A program made the translations under genes and the position numbers. Shown in pieces: positions 28,868-42,487 of a stretch of DNA of 64,000 nt. Under the pieces are notes generated by a model. That model was not told the origin of the DNA. It saw only the letters and a list, made by a program, of their open reading frames with translations, and searched no databases. The stretch comes from Dimorphilus gyrociliatus (lineage: Eukaryota; Animalia; Annelida), in NCBI GenBank assembly GCA_904063045.1, contig CAJFCJ010000015.1, positions 62,001-126,000 on the forward strand, read 5' to 3'. How positions within the stretch are numbered: position 1 is the stretch's first letter; every line of letters starts with the position of its first letter.

Positions 28868-31160
28868 TTACATTCCTTCTAGATAATTATTTTTCTCGAA
28901 AAACATTGATGAATCTATTGACATTGATTTTAGAGCCTGATTAATTTGTTCAACTTCTTCGATTGTTCCCCCATGATATAAGAGCTTTAGAAAACAGTCA
29001 TTATTGTATATATGATCTATATACTCTTTATTATTGTTTATCCATTTGATTTCATTTAATTTACTTTCACTTGCAAAACTTAAAAAACTAACAATATCGG
29101 AAAGTCTTTTCTCGTATTTGTGACCATACTGCCTTTCCAAGTAGCGAGTAAAAGTTAAAGCAATCGTCTTGTAAATTGGTCCAAAGTGTGGAAATTTCGT
29201 ATTTGGTTTTACAAGACAAAATAGCAATATAATTACTGATTCTTCAAATGTTAGTGCTATATCTTTGTAACGATTAAGAAATTGTACTTCTTGTTCATAA
29301 GATTCTTGGTCAGAAAAATCTACATAACTTTCTTTATCCAAAACAAGTTGGGAACCCTCTGGGAATTCTAACACAAACTTATTGTTCATAAGCTTGCAGC
29401 GTTCGTTAGGAAAATATAACCAACCAAACTGATCATAGTGACTAAGAATATTTTTCCTGAAGCTATCTTCATCTAATTCAATCATACCAGGTAATGAACG
29501 TAACAAAGGAAGTACTGCTAGAAAGTTTTGCTTTGAAATTTCGTCCGATAATTGCATATATTGTTTTCTTCCATCTAATTCAACTCCTGTCACCTGCCAA
29601 ACATCCATATAGATATCTTTTGATACTGTTCCATTTGCAAGTATATTACTTGCTTCGCCGCAAATTTCTTTATAGCTTGGTGACCATTTTACTGATAACA
29701 GTTGAGAGAATGTAACGGTAAATTGATTAAGTAAATCGTCAGAATATGTGTGCCTTGGTAAAAAAGGTATAAAACTTTTCAAACGTTGATAATTAGCTCT
29801 CTTCTTCATATTTTCTTCATGTCTAACCTTTGAATAACGTCCAACTTTAATAGCAGATCTCGACATTCCAATTTCAATACATCTCTTATATCTACATGCT
29901 TTGCAGGCGAACAAAAAACGAAAATTTGGACTACATAATTTCCGTTCATTTTTACATTTATAACTTTCATGTAATTGTATACTTCGGTAGAAGAAGACTT
30001 TACAAGCTTCGCAAGTATCAGCTCCATAGTGATAGCTGTTAAATGATAAGTACTGTTCAGCACCCTACAAGTCTTTATTGATTTAAATTTTTTCAAATTT
30101 CTAATTTATTTACAATCATAAAATCCTAAAGATTTTTATATTGCTACGCCCTGTAATTGAGAGAACCGCCCTGTTCTCCTACTAGAAATAATTGATCACC
30201 GTTCTGCGAAAAAAATCGCTTTCAGCCAGGTAACCATACTTTTCTATTATTAATATCATTTCTTGAAATTTTATGTGATTATCGGTCAATGTATGCAACA
30301 ACTACAACTATTACACAATCACTTTTTCAGCTGAACGTAAGAAAGTATACGAATGCTAGCGATAAGAGTTATCTCATAATTTGGTTGTATTTAATACAGA
30401 AATAGAAGAGAAAAGTACAGAGAGGAGATAACAGATAAAAAGAAAGCCTATTAAACGTAAAAAGATATTTTTAAGTATTTCTTTTTCTGGAAGGACAATG
30501 TAAAGAAAAAAAAACAAGTTTTTTTTTATCAATTTTTGTTCTGGTGTTTTCTACAGATAAGATAATCATTAACCTTTCACCTTCTCTAAACAAGTGCCAC
30601 GAAAGAGAAAAAATAAGACAAATATAATGAAATCATTCAATAATATGTAGACAACAATAATTACAATATTGAAAAAATCAAGTGGTGAAAATCAGTTAGA
30701 AAGCAAAAGAGGTCTTTTTTTTCTGCTCTTGTCTAGTTTCATTCAATCTTATTATGGATACGGTTTTGAACGAATGTAACAATTTATTTATTTAACTTGG
30801 TCAATATGCTTTTTTTTTCTCTCTTAAGTTCTATCCATTTATCGAAAAATCTTCAATTCTCTGAACAATCTTTAACTTATACGATTAAAAAAAAAAAGAA
30901 TTTCGCGTAATATCGATAAATGGTATAGAATGGAAGATATCAAGGTTTTAAAAGGCTAATGGTACATACCCAGAAGAATTTCCTCCGCAAACTTGACAAG
31001 GAGGTAGAACAGTCTTCGTTTCGAGAGGCTCAATTTGTCTCACGCTATTCGAATCAGATGAGCTTACAGTAGAGCCTGGAGGTGAATCACTGTCATTGCT
31101 ATTTGCAATTTGATTAATGAAATCGGTCAAGTCATCATCTATGTAATTCAATTCATCCAT
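28868..31160 (-). CDS. NR7: complete nuclear receptor, ~452 aa. Exon 1 31160-30970, 934 nt intron, cassette 30035-28868. Exon 1 is the candidate shared first exon for NR1-NR7
   Basis: Acidic N-terminus MDELNYIDDDLTDF...LPPCQVCGGNSSG|YHYGADTCEACKVFFYRS, donor GG|GTATGT. Probable 5'UTR intron at 31292-31230. Confidence 0.92.
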
Positions 31161-32242
31161 TTTCGGTAGATCAACTGTACCAAAGTTTATTTACATTCAA
31201 TTATTGTCATTCAAAAATTCTACAAAGATCTGTTCAACGAAAAAAAAGGTCTTCAAGGCTTTAACTGGTTTCTATATGCGTCATAGTTTTACCTGTATAT
31301 CGTGGCGCCGCCTGTCGAATTGTTAACTCTGATAGTTTCGTATAAAGTTGATAAATTCATTATAAAGCACACCTAACGTACATATCTATGAAAGCGATGT
31401 TTAAAGAAATCAATAACTACATATAAATGATACATAACCTGTTATACACGTTTTAATTAGGCAATATATAAAGAGAAGGTATAAGAAAAGACTTTGGAAA
31501 AATTTTAAGCAAGAGTTCCCCTACCAATGACAACTTTATCATACAATAATTCTTAGATAAAGATAGTCAATTGGGGATATAGTGAGCCTCACCTGTATTT
31601 CTTTTCATATATTTACATACGGTTTTGATATGCTGTCTCCGAGTTCTAAGAATAATAACTAAACAATTTCAATAAAATCTTCTGGAATTACTAATAAATA
31701 ATAGATGAAGAAATTGATTAGTATCTATTCTATTTTATTATTGAGTTCCTAACCAATAATAAGTTATATATAAAATAAAATGCCTTTATACTGTATAATT
31801 TCAATTTCTATATAAGACAGCAACTAATGAATATATATATAAATACATATATATATATATATATTAAAGAAAAGATAAGGGAAAATAATAAAGTTTCTGA
31901 TAACATTTTATCAATTTATAAAAAAATAAAAAAACTAATCGTCCCGAAATAGAACTTAACGAATAAAAATATTCATAGATAAGATGAATACGTACCAATG
32001 ACGAAGCTATATACTCCCACACATTTCATGCATGCATGAATATGTGCGATATACAGTATATATATATATATATCTAATAAAAATAACCATATAAATTTAC
32101 CTCCTGCAACGGTTGATAACATAAAAATAAACAAGTAAAAACAGTTGACATAGCAAAAGAGTCATTTAATCTTTTGTACTAGAATTTAATAACAGAAAAC
32201 TAATATGAACAATAAGTTAAATATTGTCAATTTAAGTTTCTT

Positions 32243-33717
32243 TTACTTTATATACATTTCCTGTATTTTTTTAATATTACTCTCATAATCACCAATACCA
32301 TGTGATGCTTTGACTAGAGGATTTGTATAAATAGTATCCAGAAATTGGTTATATTTATACATATATTTTCTTGGAACTGAATTAAGTTGTGTTAAAAAGG
32401 CTACTAGATTTATAATTTCTTGCATTCTCTTGGTTGAATCTCTCCCATAGTTCGTGTCCAAATATCTTGAGAAAGCTAGAGTCATGCGATTAGAAGCTGT
32501 TTTTAAAATTCCATTGTGACTATTGCATATTGCCAATAAGTGAAGAGAACAAACAAACATAACTTCTTCATGCTTTAAATTAGCTTGAATAATTCTATTG
32601 TGACATAATTTTTGCAGTCTTACATTGTCCTTTCCCAATGTGTTTTCTAGGCTATGTAATGGATGACGGGTAGAAAAACCATTATAAGTAACTACAAGGT
32701 TGTCATCTTCAAAACCTAATATATTTTGGCTAGTTACAGCAATATGAATTAAAGCTGCAGTCATAAGAAACAGCCTCCAGAAGCTTTCCCCTTGTAGTTC
32801 ACACATTCCAGGTAATTTACTCACAAATTTGTAATAATCTGTTAAAATTATCTTAAGGAACTGTTCATTGTGTTTTAAATAGACTCTCCTATCATCCAAC
32901 TCTTTACCAGTAGCATGCCAAACTTCTATAAACTCTTCAAAAGAAATAGTATAGTCATATTCAGATGGGCTTGTTTTCTTTGCGGGGCAAATTACTTCAG
33001 ACCAATCTAGATTTTTAAATTCACAGAAATTGTTTGAACACATAATTATAAGGTCATCAGCATCCGAATGCGAAGATAATAATTGTATCTTTGATACGGA
33101 TTTGCTTGAATTATTTAATTTTTCCAATTGTGAAGCTCTAATTTTTGATTGACGACCCATTTGAACTGCTTTTTTTGACATTCCAATATCTAAACAACGT
33201 TTTAATCGGCAATATTTACAATTAAATGTAAAATTTACACCTGGACAGCAAGTTTTTCGACCGCTCAGACACTTAAATGTACCCATTTTCTGATTATTTC
33301 GAAAATAAAATATTTTGCAGGCTCTACAAGTGTATGCTCCATAATGATATCTAATAAAAAGAAAACATAGTAGTAGATAATCGTATCTTGAATCTTTAAA
33401 AATTGTTTATGCAAAGTAAATTACGGCGTTGTTAAGAATGTTTAAATGAACAAGTTTTATTTAAAAAATCGGTAATAGCAAAGAATGTTTTGCATCTTGA
33501 ATAAAGGTGTTAAAAGATAACATAGTTACATAGTACTATATGCATACCCTGTTGATTTTGCTCCACAAACCTGGCAATTCGGTAAATTTTTGTCATTTTC
33601 CGGTTCATCTATTGGGACATCAGCAAAAAATTCATCGGGACTGCGATCATCATCACATATCTTTGTTACAAAGTCCATAAAATCTATATTCAAGTCTTTG
33701 AAATTATCTGCAGACAT
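32243..33717 (-). CDS. NR8: nuclear receptor. Exons 33717-33548 and 33350-32243; unusual P-box CRACK
   Basis: CQVCGAKSTG|YHYGAYTCRACKIFYFR; 197 nt phase-2 intron; LBD open. Confidence 0.92.
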
Positions 33718-34211
33718 TCTTTCAGGAATATTTGAAGCTATTTTCCAATATATCTTTGACTATTACAATACTATTTAGTATAGCAAAAGGTTAGTGAACC
33801 CTAATAAGTTGGATAGGTGGAGCTGCGTTAGTGTAATAGGATAGCAGAAAATATCCGCCAAATTTATTGTTTTTTATTAGAAAATAAAAAGTCAAACTTC
33901 ATTAATTTATAAATAACGTCTTATATAAAAGTGAATTGAACAGTAATATATCAATTTAAGAATGTCGAGTTCAATCAAATTTAACTTTTAATATTTCCTT
34001 ACTGATCTTTTTTCAAATTAAATCCTTCTATTTCAAATGTTACGTCATTATTCTTTAGTTAGAGAATACCTCAGAAAAGAATCAATAATTAAAAACTAAA
34101 TATAGATTTCTATTTTCATAATATATAGTGAGTCATTGACGTTGAGTATACTGTACAGTATTGTACAAAAAGTACATTCCCATTTCGGTTTATTCAGTAA
34201 TGAAACAACAA

Positions 34212-35587
34212 TTAATAAGATTTATTATGTAGAATATCAGAGATAAGTTCCATTTTTTCATCAATTTCGTTACTTAATCCACCATAAATAATTCTAAACA
34301 TTGGTGTCTTATATACCCAAGAGAAATAATCTTTATAACATTCTCTCCATTTATTGTATATAAGTCTTTTCTCTGACAAAAAGCTTAAAAAGTTTATGTA
34401 ATCCGCTAATTTTAAATGATAAGAATCTCCATATATTCTTTGAAGGTATCGTGTAAGTGCCATAACAAATCTATTATACGTCTGAGGTGAATATTTAAAA
34501 TCTTTTACTGGCATTGAGAGACTCATTGCGAAAATTAATAATAACTCTTCCCTATTTAGGTTCATTTCATCTTTACGGTTTATAGCCTCGATTCTTTTAT
34601 CGACTAGATTGTTCCCTAGCCATAATTTAAGGGTTTCACGAGAGAGCTTTACGGAACCATTTCCTAGAAAAATTTCTATACCATTTGAATTTCTATAAAC
34701 TGGTGCTATCAAATTGACCAAACAAAAATCGTATTCGTGATAACATAAGAGTTTTATAAAGTCTTTGTCAGATATCTCTCTCAAACCTGGCAAACCTTTT
34801 AACAGAGGTAAATAATTTTGTACGCCAAGTTCAAATATCTCACAGTGTTTTCCTGTAAATTCTGCCCGATCATCCATCTCTATACCTGTTACTTGATGTA
34901 TATCTATAAAATCATCCATGGAGACGAATGTTTTGTTGGATAATAAATTTAAATATTTTATTTGCTCATCGAATTTATCAATTTTTCTAGTCCAATTACT
35001 TTGAAGAATATTATTCAAAATAGAGAAACAACTTGAAATAATATCATCAGCGTCAGAATAAACTGGCAATAGTTCTGCTGAACATTTTGATTTAATATTG
35101 GATATTCTTTTTAGTTTCTCTGCATTCGTCTTTTTTGAATGTCTTCCTACTTTTATTCTTGTTTTTGACATTCCTTCACTAATACATTTTTGATATCTGC
35201 ATAATTGGCAATTGAATGAATAAGATAAGGAAGGAGCGCATTGATTTCTGTCGGTTTTACATTTGTAATTTTGATATTTAGTAATACTTCTTCTAAAGAA
35301 AATTTTACAGGCTTCGCAAGTGTAGATTCCGTAGTGTATGCTTCAATTTGAAAAAAAAAATACAATCTTTAAATAGACAGCAATCTTGTGTCAATGAATA
35401 ATATCTCTATATATATAGTAATAAAAATTTATACATATATATAGTATACTGTATATATATATAGAAAATGAGTTTGAATATGTTGGCCTATAATTGCTCA
35501 CCCATTCGATGGTCCTTGACAAACTTGACAAGGTAGAAATATATCTTCATTATAACCATTCCGTACTTCTTTTAGTTGTTCAGCCAT
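34212..35587 (-). CDS. NR9: nuclear receptor. Exons 35587-35502 and 35340-34212
   Basis: MAEQLKEV...LPCQVCQGPSNG|IHYGIYTCEACKIFFRRS; donor GG|GTGAGC. Exon 1 is absent from the ORF track because it is short. Confidence 0.9.
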
Positions 35588-36960
35588 TTTTATACCTTTA
35601 AATTAATTGTAAGTTATGAAAAATAAAAACAGTATATTATAAAATATTACGACCATACATAGGTGTCTCTACGGGAATTTTTATCTTCGTATTTATTTTC
35701 TAATCAATAGTTTATCGTTCTCAATCATTACATTTATAGTCTGACTGGAAATCTAATGTCAATATTTAGAATATGCACCACCCACAAGTTCTACATATTT
35801 AAATTTAATAAAATTGTGCTTTTTAAGTAATACAATTAGTTTCTTACTGTCAATCTACTAGATACTTTATAATAGCGGTTGAGTAGCTATCATTAAACTC
35901 AACTATTAGTATATCTAATGTAGTTAGTTAAAATATATTTTAATTAGATAATAAATTTAGTATCAAAATCAGCTAGACATGCCTTTTAGCAACTATATAG
36001 TAGAAGTCTCTTTCAGTACACTGCTTTATCAGCAAATTCTAGTTTATCGATATTTTACTTTGATTATTAACCAACATAAAATAGGTTTATGCAGACAAGC
36101 TACCAGTTTTCAGCATAAGGTTACTCACCTTACTTTAGGAGTTAATGACACGTACCTGTGACAACAGATGTCATCTCATTGGAAAAGTATTTTCGTACAA
36201 ATTTTAATTTGACTATGCTTTTCTTCAAAGTTACGCAATAAATATATTTTCACTTTTCTTAAATTTAGAAATATAGAACAGACTATTCAAATATTGAATA
36301 ACTATATAGATAGTTATACAGACTGCTATATTTCTTCCTCCGATCCGCCCTCTCTCAATATACTGTACGAGATAAAACTATCTTGACATTTATATTGTAA
36401 TATACCTTGTAGTCACACATATAATAAAAAAATTGATTGAAAATAAGTCTTATTGTTGCTGATTACGTCTTTTTCTCTTTTTTTGTCAAACAACTTTGTT
36501 CTTTCTCTTATAACTATTATTCTTTGAAAGAACACTATAAATGATTTTACCTAAGATCAAACGATAAACCTCGATTAACAAGAATTAGAATAACGTAATA
36601 TGAAAGAGAAATATTTTCCATCTCTTAAGTCTTACTATGTTTATGGAACATTGAAATTTTACACTTTTAGATTCCGTCTATTTTTGTCAAATTTTTCTTC
36701 TTCCATTATAGTTCAAAGTGTTGTTTTTTTTTGTCTTTTTCAAATATAAACCGGTATATTCCTTTATAATGTAAATGCTCAATTAAATTATACTTTAATA
36801 TATATACTATATATATATCTTTATCTGTTAGAAGGGAATGAACCAAACTGATCTATAGAACGATTGTTTTCACTATAGTCCTATAAGATATTCACCATTA
36901 AGAAATAGAAAACAAACGAACAATAAAGTTAGAACAATAAAAATCTCTTTTATAAATCTT

Positions 36961-38382
36961 CTATGGATTCTTTATGTACTGGGAAAGAACATCCATATTT
37001 TTGTCAATTTCGTTGCTAAAGCCAGCACAGAATATTCTTGAAAATGGTGTATCGAATACGTGTTCAAAACACGATCTATTATCCTCTCTCCAACGATTTG
37101 ATGATACTTTTAGTTCATTAAAGAATGATAGGAAACTAATCAATTCCGATAATCTATAATGATAAGAATCTCCATATGTTTTTTGCAAGTATCTTGTCAA
37201 GGCTTGAGAGACCCTATCATATGCTGATGGAAAATATGGATAATATTCATTAGGTGTAACCATATTAATAGAAAATATAAATAAAATCTCTTCATTTGTT
37301 AAATTTGCTTTTTCCATTTTTATAAATTTTTTGTGCCTCAAATCGGTCATAGAATTTCCAATCATTCGTTCTAAATTCTCATTACTTAAACAAATACTTT
37401 TATTATTTAGAGAGATATGTAAACCATCCCTCTGCCATTTCATACCAAATTCAAGAGAGATTATTAAATGAAAAGCATCTAAATGCGAACAAAGTATATG
37501 AAAGAAAACTCTATCATCAAGTTCAATCATTCCTGGTAATGCTTTTAAAAAAGGAAGCCAATATCTTCCTGATATTTCCATTAATTTTCCGTTAAATTTA
37601 GAGAATTCTTTTCTATTATCAATATGTAATCCAGTAACTTCGAGTATATTTGTAAAATCGTCTTTCAAGAAGAGGCCAGTCTCTATTATGTATTTCATTC
37701 TATCAAAAATTTCATTAAGGTCACTTACTCTTTCTGACCAATTGATATTTCTTAAGTCGTCAAGTAATATCGAAAATTTTGTTGTAATATCATCAGCATC
37801 TGTATATTTTAATAATAAAGGTACTACCTCTGAAGAATTTTCGCTTATATATAATTTTCTTAGAGCCTCCCTATTCTTTTGATGAATCTCTCTTGAATAT
37901 CGTCCAACTTTTATCCTTGTCTTAGACATACCTTCACTTTCGCATTTTTTATATCTACATAATTTACACGAAAATACAAATTTTTCATTCGGAGAACATT
38001 GGTTTTTATTCGTTAAGCAAGAGTAGCTTTGATTTTTCTTTACGCTCCTTTTAAAGAATATTTTACAAGCGTCACAAGTATTAGTACCATAGTGAAGGCT
38101 ATTTGTGTAGTACCAAAGAGAAAAAAAGACATAAGAAAGAAATAAGGTAGTTCGCTATTCAATGAATGAAATTACTTGTTAACAAGTAAATTAAACATAC
38201 CCTGTTGCGGTAGAACCGCAAATATTACACGGTGGCAAAATCGTTTTCTTCTCTTTGACAACTCTTTTCTTCTTAGGCTTATAAGACGATGCAAAGGTTG
38301 CTTTATTTCTAGAGTCACATGGTAACGAGAAATCAAAATCCTTATTATCAATTTCTAGGCTACTTAACAACTCCTTTTCCAT
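36961..38382 (-). CDS. NR10: nuclear receptor. Exons 38382-38201 and 38098-36961; P-box CDACK
   Basis: LPPCNICGSTATG|LHYGTNTCDACKIFFKRS; 102 nt intron. Confidence 0.92.
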
Positions 38383-38969
38383 TGTAGATATATATATATA
38401 TATTACAGAATAATTAATAAACTATAGGTGATTCTCCTAGAATTTATATGAGAATATTCTAGGATGGAAAACACACGCTTTCAATAGTCATAATTTTCAC
38501 TATAGATGTCTCTGTCAATATGTAAGACGCAGTTGATAAACTTATGAACATATAGTGTACATATGAAATGCATACATTAGTTTATTAATATTGTATATTA
38601 AATTTATCAAATTTCTAAATTTAACCTTGAATATAGTAGAAAGTTCACAGTACGATAAATATATTAACAAACGTACTCTGTTTAATCAAATTCTTTTCAA
38701 ATAGTAATAATAGTATAGGGGAAAAGTAAAAATGTTTCTTTAATTATCGTTCTATGTACATTCATTATTGAAGAACAGACGTATTTTTCAATATACTGTA
38801 TAGTGAGAGTAGATTATTCAAATTTAATATCAATAGTTAGTTTTTCTATTCCGCCGGTAAATTATTGTTAGCTGTGCTCTCATTTAATATTAAAATAAGA
38901 AACCAACGGACAACATAAAACAAGATGACTATTTACAACATGAATATTTTTGAATAGAAGTGTTTTAGT

Positions 38970-40314
38970 TTAATATGAATTGTCAAGCATATTCAAAAAT
39001 GTATGATAATAATTTTCTGTGCTTGTTGGTCTACCAAGTAGTAGTTCTAATTTTGGTGATTTGTATATCTCCGTTAAATAGAGTAGATTTTGATGTTTAT
39101 TGCATCCTCTTTTGTATGCTTCTTCTCGAATGACAGCTAAAAAATTGACTAATTGACCTAAACGAATATGATAAGAATCATTATACTTCTGTTTGAGATA
39201 ACGAGTTAATACTAAAGTCATTTGATTACAGGCTGAAGTAAAATGTTTAAATTCAGTATTTGCCTGGAGAAGATTTACTAAAAACAGTAGTAATTGTTCT
39301 TCCTTGGTGAAGCAAGCGGCCTTTCTATACGTATTAGCCAGGGAAGAATCACTCATTACATCATAGCCTACAACTTGTTTTATTTGATCTCTTTTAAGTA
39401 TTATTCTTTCATCGTTCAGATCCATATGAAGCTCACCAACTCTCCAATTGTAAACACTTGTCATTATAAACAACGGTCGTATTAAGTCTAAATTATCTAA
39501 TATTAGCTTTACAACTAGTCGGTTGTCTAATTCCCGAAAACCTGGTATTCGTTTAACAAAAGGCATAAATAAACGGAAAAAAGTTTGTTGAATTTCACTA
39601 GCAAGGATCATTATATCTTTCCTTCCATCAATTTCTTGACCAGTAATAACAAAAACATTATGATAATCTTCTGTTCCAAAAAATCCATCTTCCACAGCAT
39701 TCCGTGCCTTTTTAACATTCAGTGAAAAATCTTCCATTTCTTCTGACCATTTAATTGATGAAAACCGATTTGCAAAATCTAAACAGTATATTAAAACCTC
39801 ATCTGCATAAGTAAATTGCGGAAGAGCATATATGCTATTCGGTGTATTCCTTAATACCAATTCATTCTTTTTGTGCATTTCCTTTGAATATCTTCCAATC
39901 TTTATTCTTGTTTTACTCATACCTTCGTCAATACATTTTTGGTATCTACACTTTTTACAATGAAAGGTATGATTATCATCTGCGATGCAGAAATTTCTTC
40001 CCGTTTGGCATTTGTAAGATAGATATTTTGTCACACTTCTTCTAAAAAATATTTTACAGGCTTCACAAGTATTAGTCCCGTAATGAAGTCTACAAATATG
40101 AATTTAAGTGTAATTATCCGATTTTATTATTAATTAGTAATATTAGATAAACAGGTGAATATATAGTTTGTACAGTATAAATAGAATTTAATAATTACCC
40201 TGTAGCAAGATCACCGCAAACTTGACATGGAGGCAGTATTGTCTTCTTGTAATTTACTTTTCTTTTCAATTTCGGTTTAGATTCGTTAGACACTGATAAA
40301 ATTGACGTTGACAT
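38970..40314 (-). CDS. NR11: nuclear receptor. Exons 40314-40199 and 40089-38970
   Basis: MSTSILS...KKTILPPCQVCGDLATG|LHYGTNTCEACKIFFRRS; LBD FVKRIPGFREL. Confidence 0.9.
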
Positions 40315-40555
40315 TATTCAAGACAATTCATGCTAAGAGACTAAAATGAATGTTTTGTTGGCAATTATCTATATCGGTCAGGTGTCGCTTCAGTATACTT
40401 TTATTTTCGTATCCTTTCAAGTGTTAAGTGCAACGTTAGGCTTATTTTATTTATAGTACAATTTTCTATTAACAATTGTTTATTTACATTTAAATAGAGT
40501 GTAAACATGTTGGATGTACAATTTGAATTGAGCATTATTTCTGTATGTCAATAAA

Positions 40556-41958
40556 TTAACAAGGCAAAAAGTTTTTCTCTTTCAAGATTTCAAAACATTC
40601 ATCGTCATTTTTACTACTAATTCCAAAGAGGAATAGATTATTGAATTGAGATCTACCAAGAGCTCTTAAATACTCCTTATTCTGTTCCATAAATTTTGAT
40701 ATTAATAGTAATTTTTCTTCATATTCTGCAAAATAATTCACTAATTTGCCCAAATGCAGATGATAAGATTCTCCGTAAGTTGTTTCAAGATATCTCGTAA
40801 ATGATGAAATTAACCTATTATAGGCTAATGAAAGTTGTGGAATATCCTTTCTTGGTTCAAACATTTTTAATAAAGAAACTATTATCAACTCTAAATCTGA
40901 TATACCCATATTTTTTTTATAGTTTTGTAAATTGTGACCATATTCATATAGATCTTTACCAACTGTTGAATGTACAGATTCCATAGTTATCATGAGCTTT
41001 TTATCATTTAAATAGATCGCAAGTCCATTGTCTTCCCATTGGACTACTTTAGAAATTGAGAGTATCGTTCGAATCTTGGCGCAATTGGAACAAATTAATT
41101 TTGCGAATGCTCTATCATCCATTCCTGATAGACCTGGTAATGATTTTAAGAAAGGTAACCATTGACGTAATTTAATTTCTTTGACTTTGCTAAATAAATC
41201 ACACATTATCCTCCTATCATCTATTTCAATACCCAAAACGCACAGAATTGAATGATATTCGTCTTTTGGAAAAAAGCCTGTTTCGATAATTTCATTAACT
41301 TGTAGTATTACTTCATCAAAATTTTCTATTTCTTTTGACCATTTAACCTGAGAAATGGATTCTATAAAATTACCAAACTTCGTTAAAGAATCATCAACAT
41401 CAGAGAATTTAGGAAGATAAATCAATCGTTGTGAAGATAACTGCGATAATTTCTCCAATTCCATTTTATTCTTTGAATGCATCTCTCTAGAATATCTTCC
41501 TATTTTGATTCTAGTTCTTGACATTCCTTCATCAATACATTTTTGATATCTACATAATTTACAATTAAAAACGTAATCTTGGTTTGGCTTGCAAACATTT
41601 CGACCATTTCTACATTTATACTTAAAATATTGAAGAGTACTCCTTCTGAAGAAGATCTTACAAGCTTCGCAAGTATTCGCTCCATAGTGAAATCTAAAAA
41701 TAGAATAAATAACAGCTGATTATTATTGATGATCATTAAGAAATATTTCAAATTGATTAGTTTGTACCCCGTAGCAACACTGCCGCATATTTGACATGGA
41801 GGTAATATAGTTTTCTTTAGGAGGACCCGTCTCTTTGTTTTTTTTTTGACAGCCTTGGTCGAATCGTCATCACAATATATTTGATCAGCTGGACTATAGT
41901 TGGCTATTTTTCCTTTATATTCAAGTGTATTCATTGTATGATCCGTCAATGAGGTCAT
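40556..41958 (-). CDS. NR12: nuclear receptor. Exons 41958-41768 and 41693-40556
   Basis: KKTILPPCQICGSVATG|FHYGANTCEACKIFFRRS; 74 nt intron. Confidence 0.92.
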
Positions 41959-42487
41959 AGTTTTATTCTAATATATTAAGGTCATCCCTTTTTAAATAGT
42001 CGTTCTAGATAAATGGACCACTTTTCAGGTGTCACTGCAATCGCTATCATTTTCGTACGATATACGAGCTTTAAGTGCGAAAAAGAATCTCTTTATCTAT
42101 AAAATATTCTAAACAAAAAACTATAATATCGTTCCTTCATAATTGCTACATGACAAAGAATATATCGATATTAGTTTGACAAAGGATCTTTAGATACACG
42201 TTTTCTCAGCGTTCGAAAGAATAGTATTTAGCTTTATCTCAAAGAGTTTTTTTTAAAGTGTTTATTACTTTGTAGAGATGATAATATGTTACGTATATCT
42301 GTACATAATGATATAAATACTATAATTAGTTTCAATATGTTTTTTTATGTACAATGATACAATTCTATAAAGGCATATTGAATAGGTAAGGTTATAACCA
42401 TATATATTTTATACTGTATATACAGTACGTACTGTATACTGTTTACACAATACATTGTCTCTTCTCTGTTTTATCCATGAATTAAAG

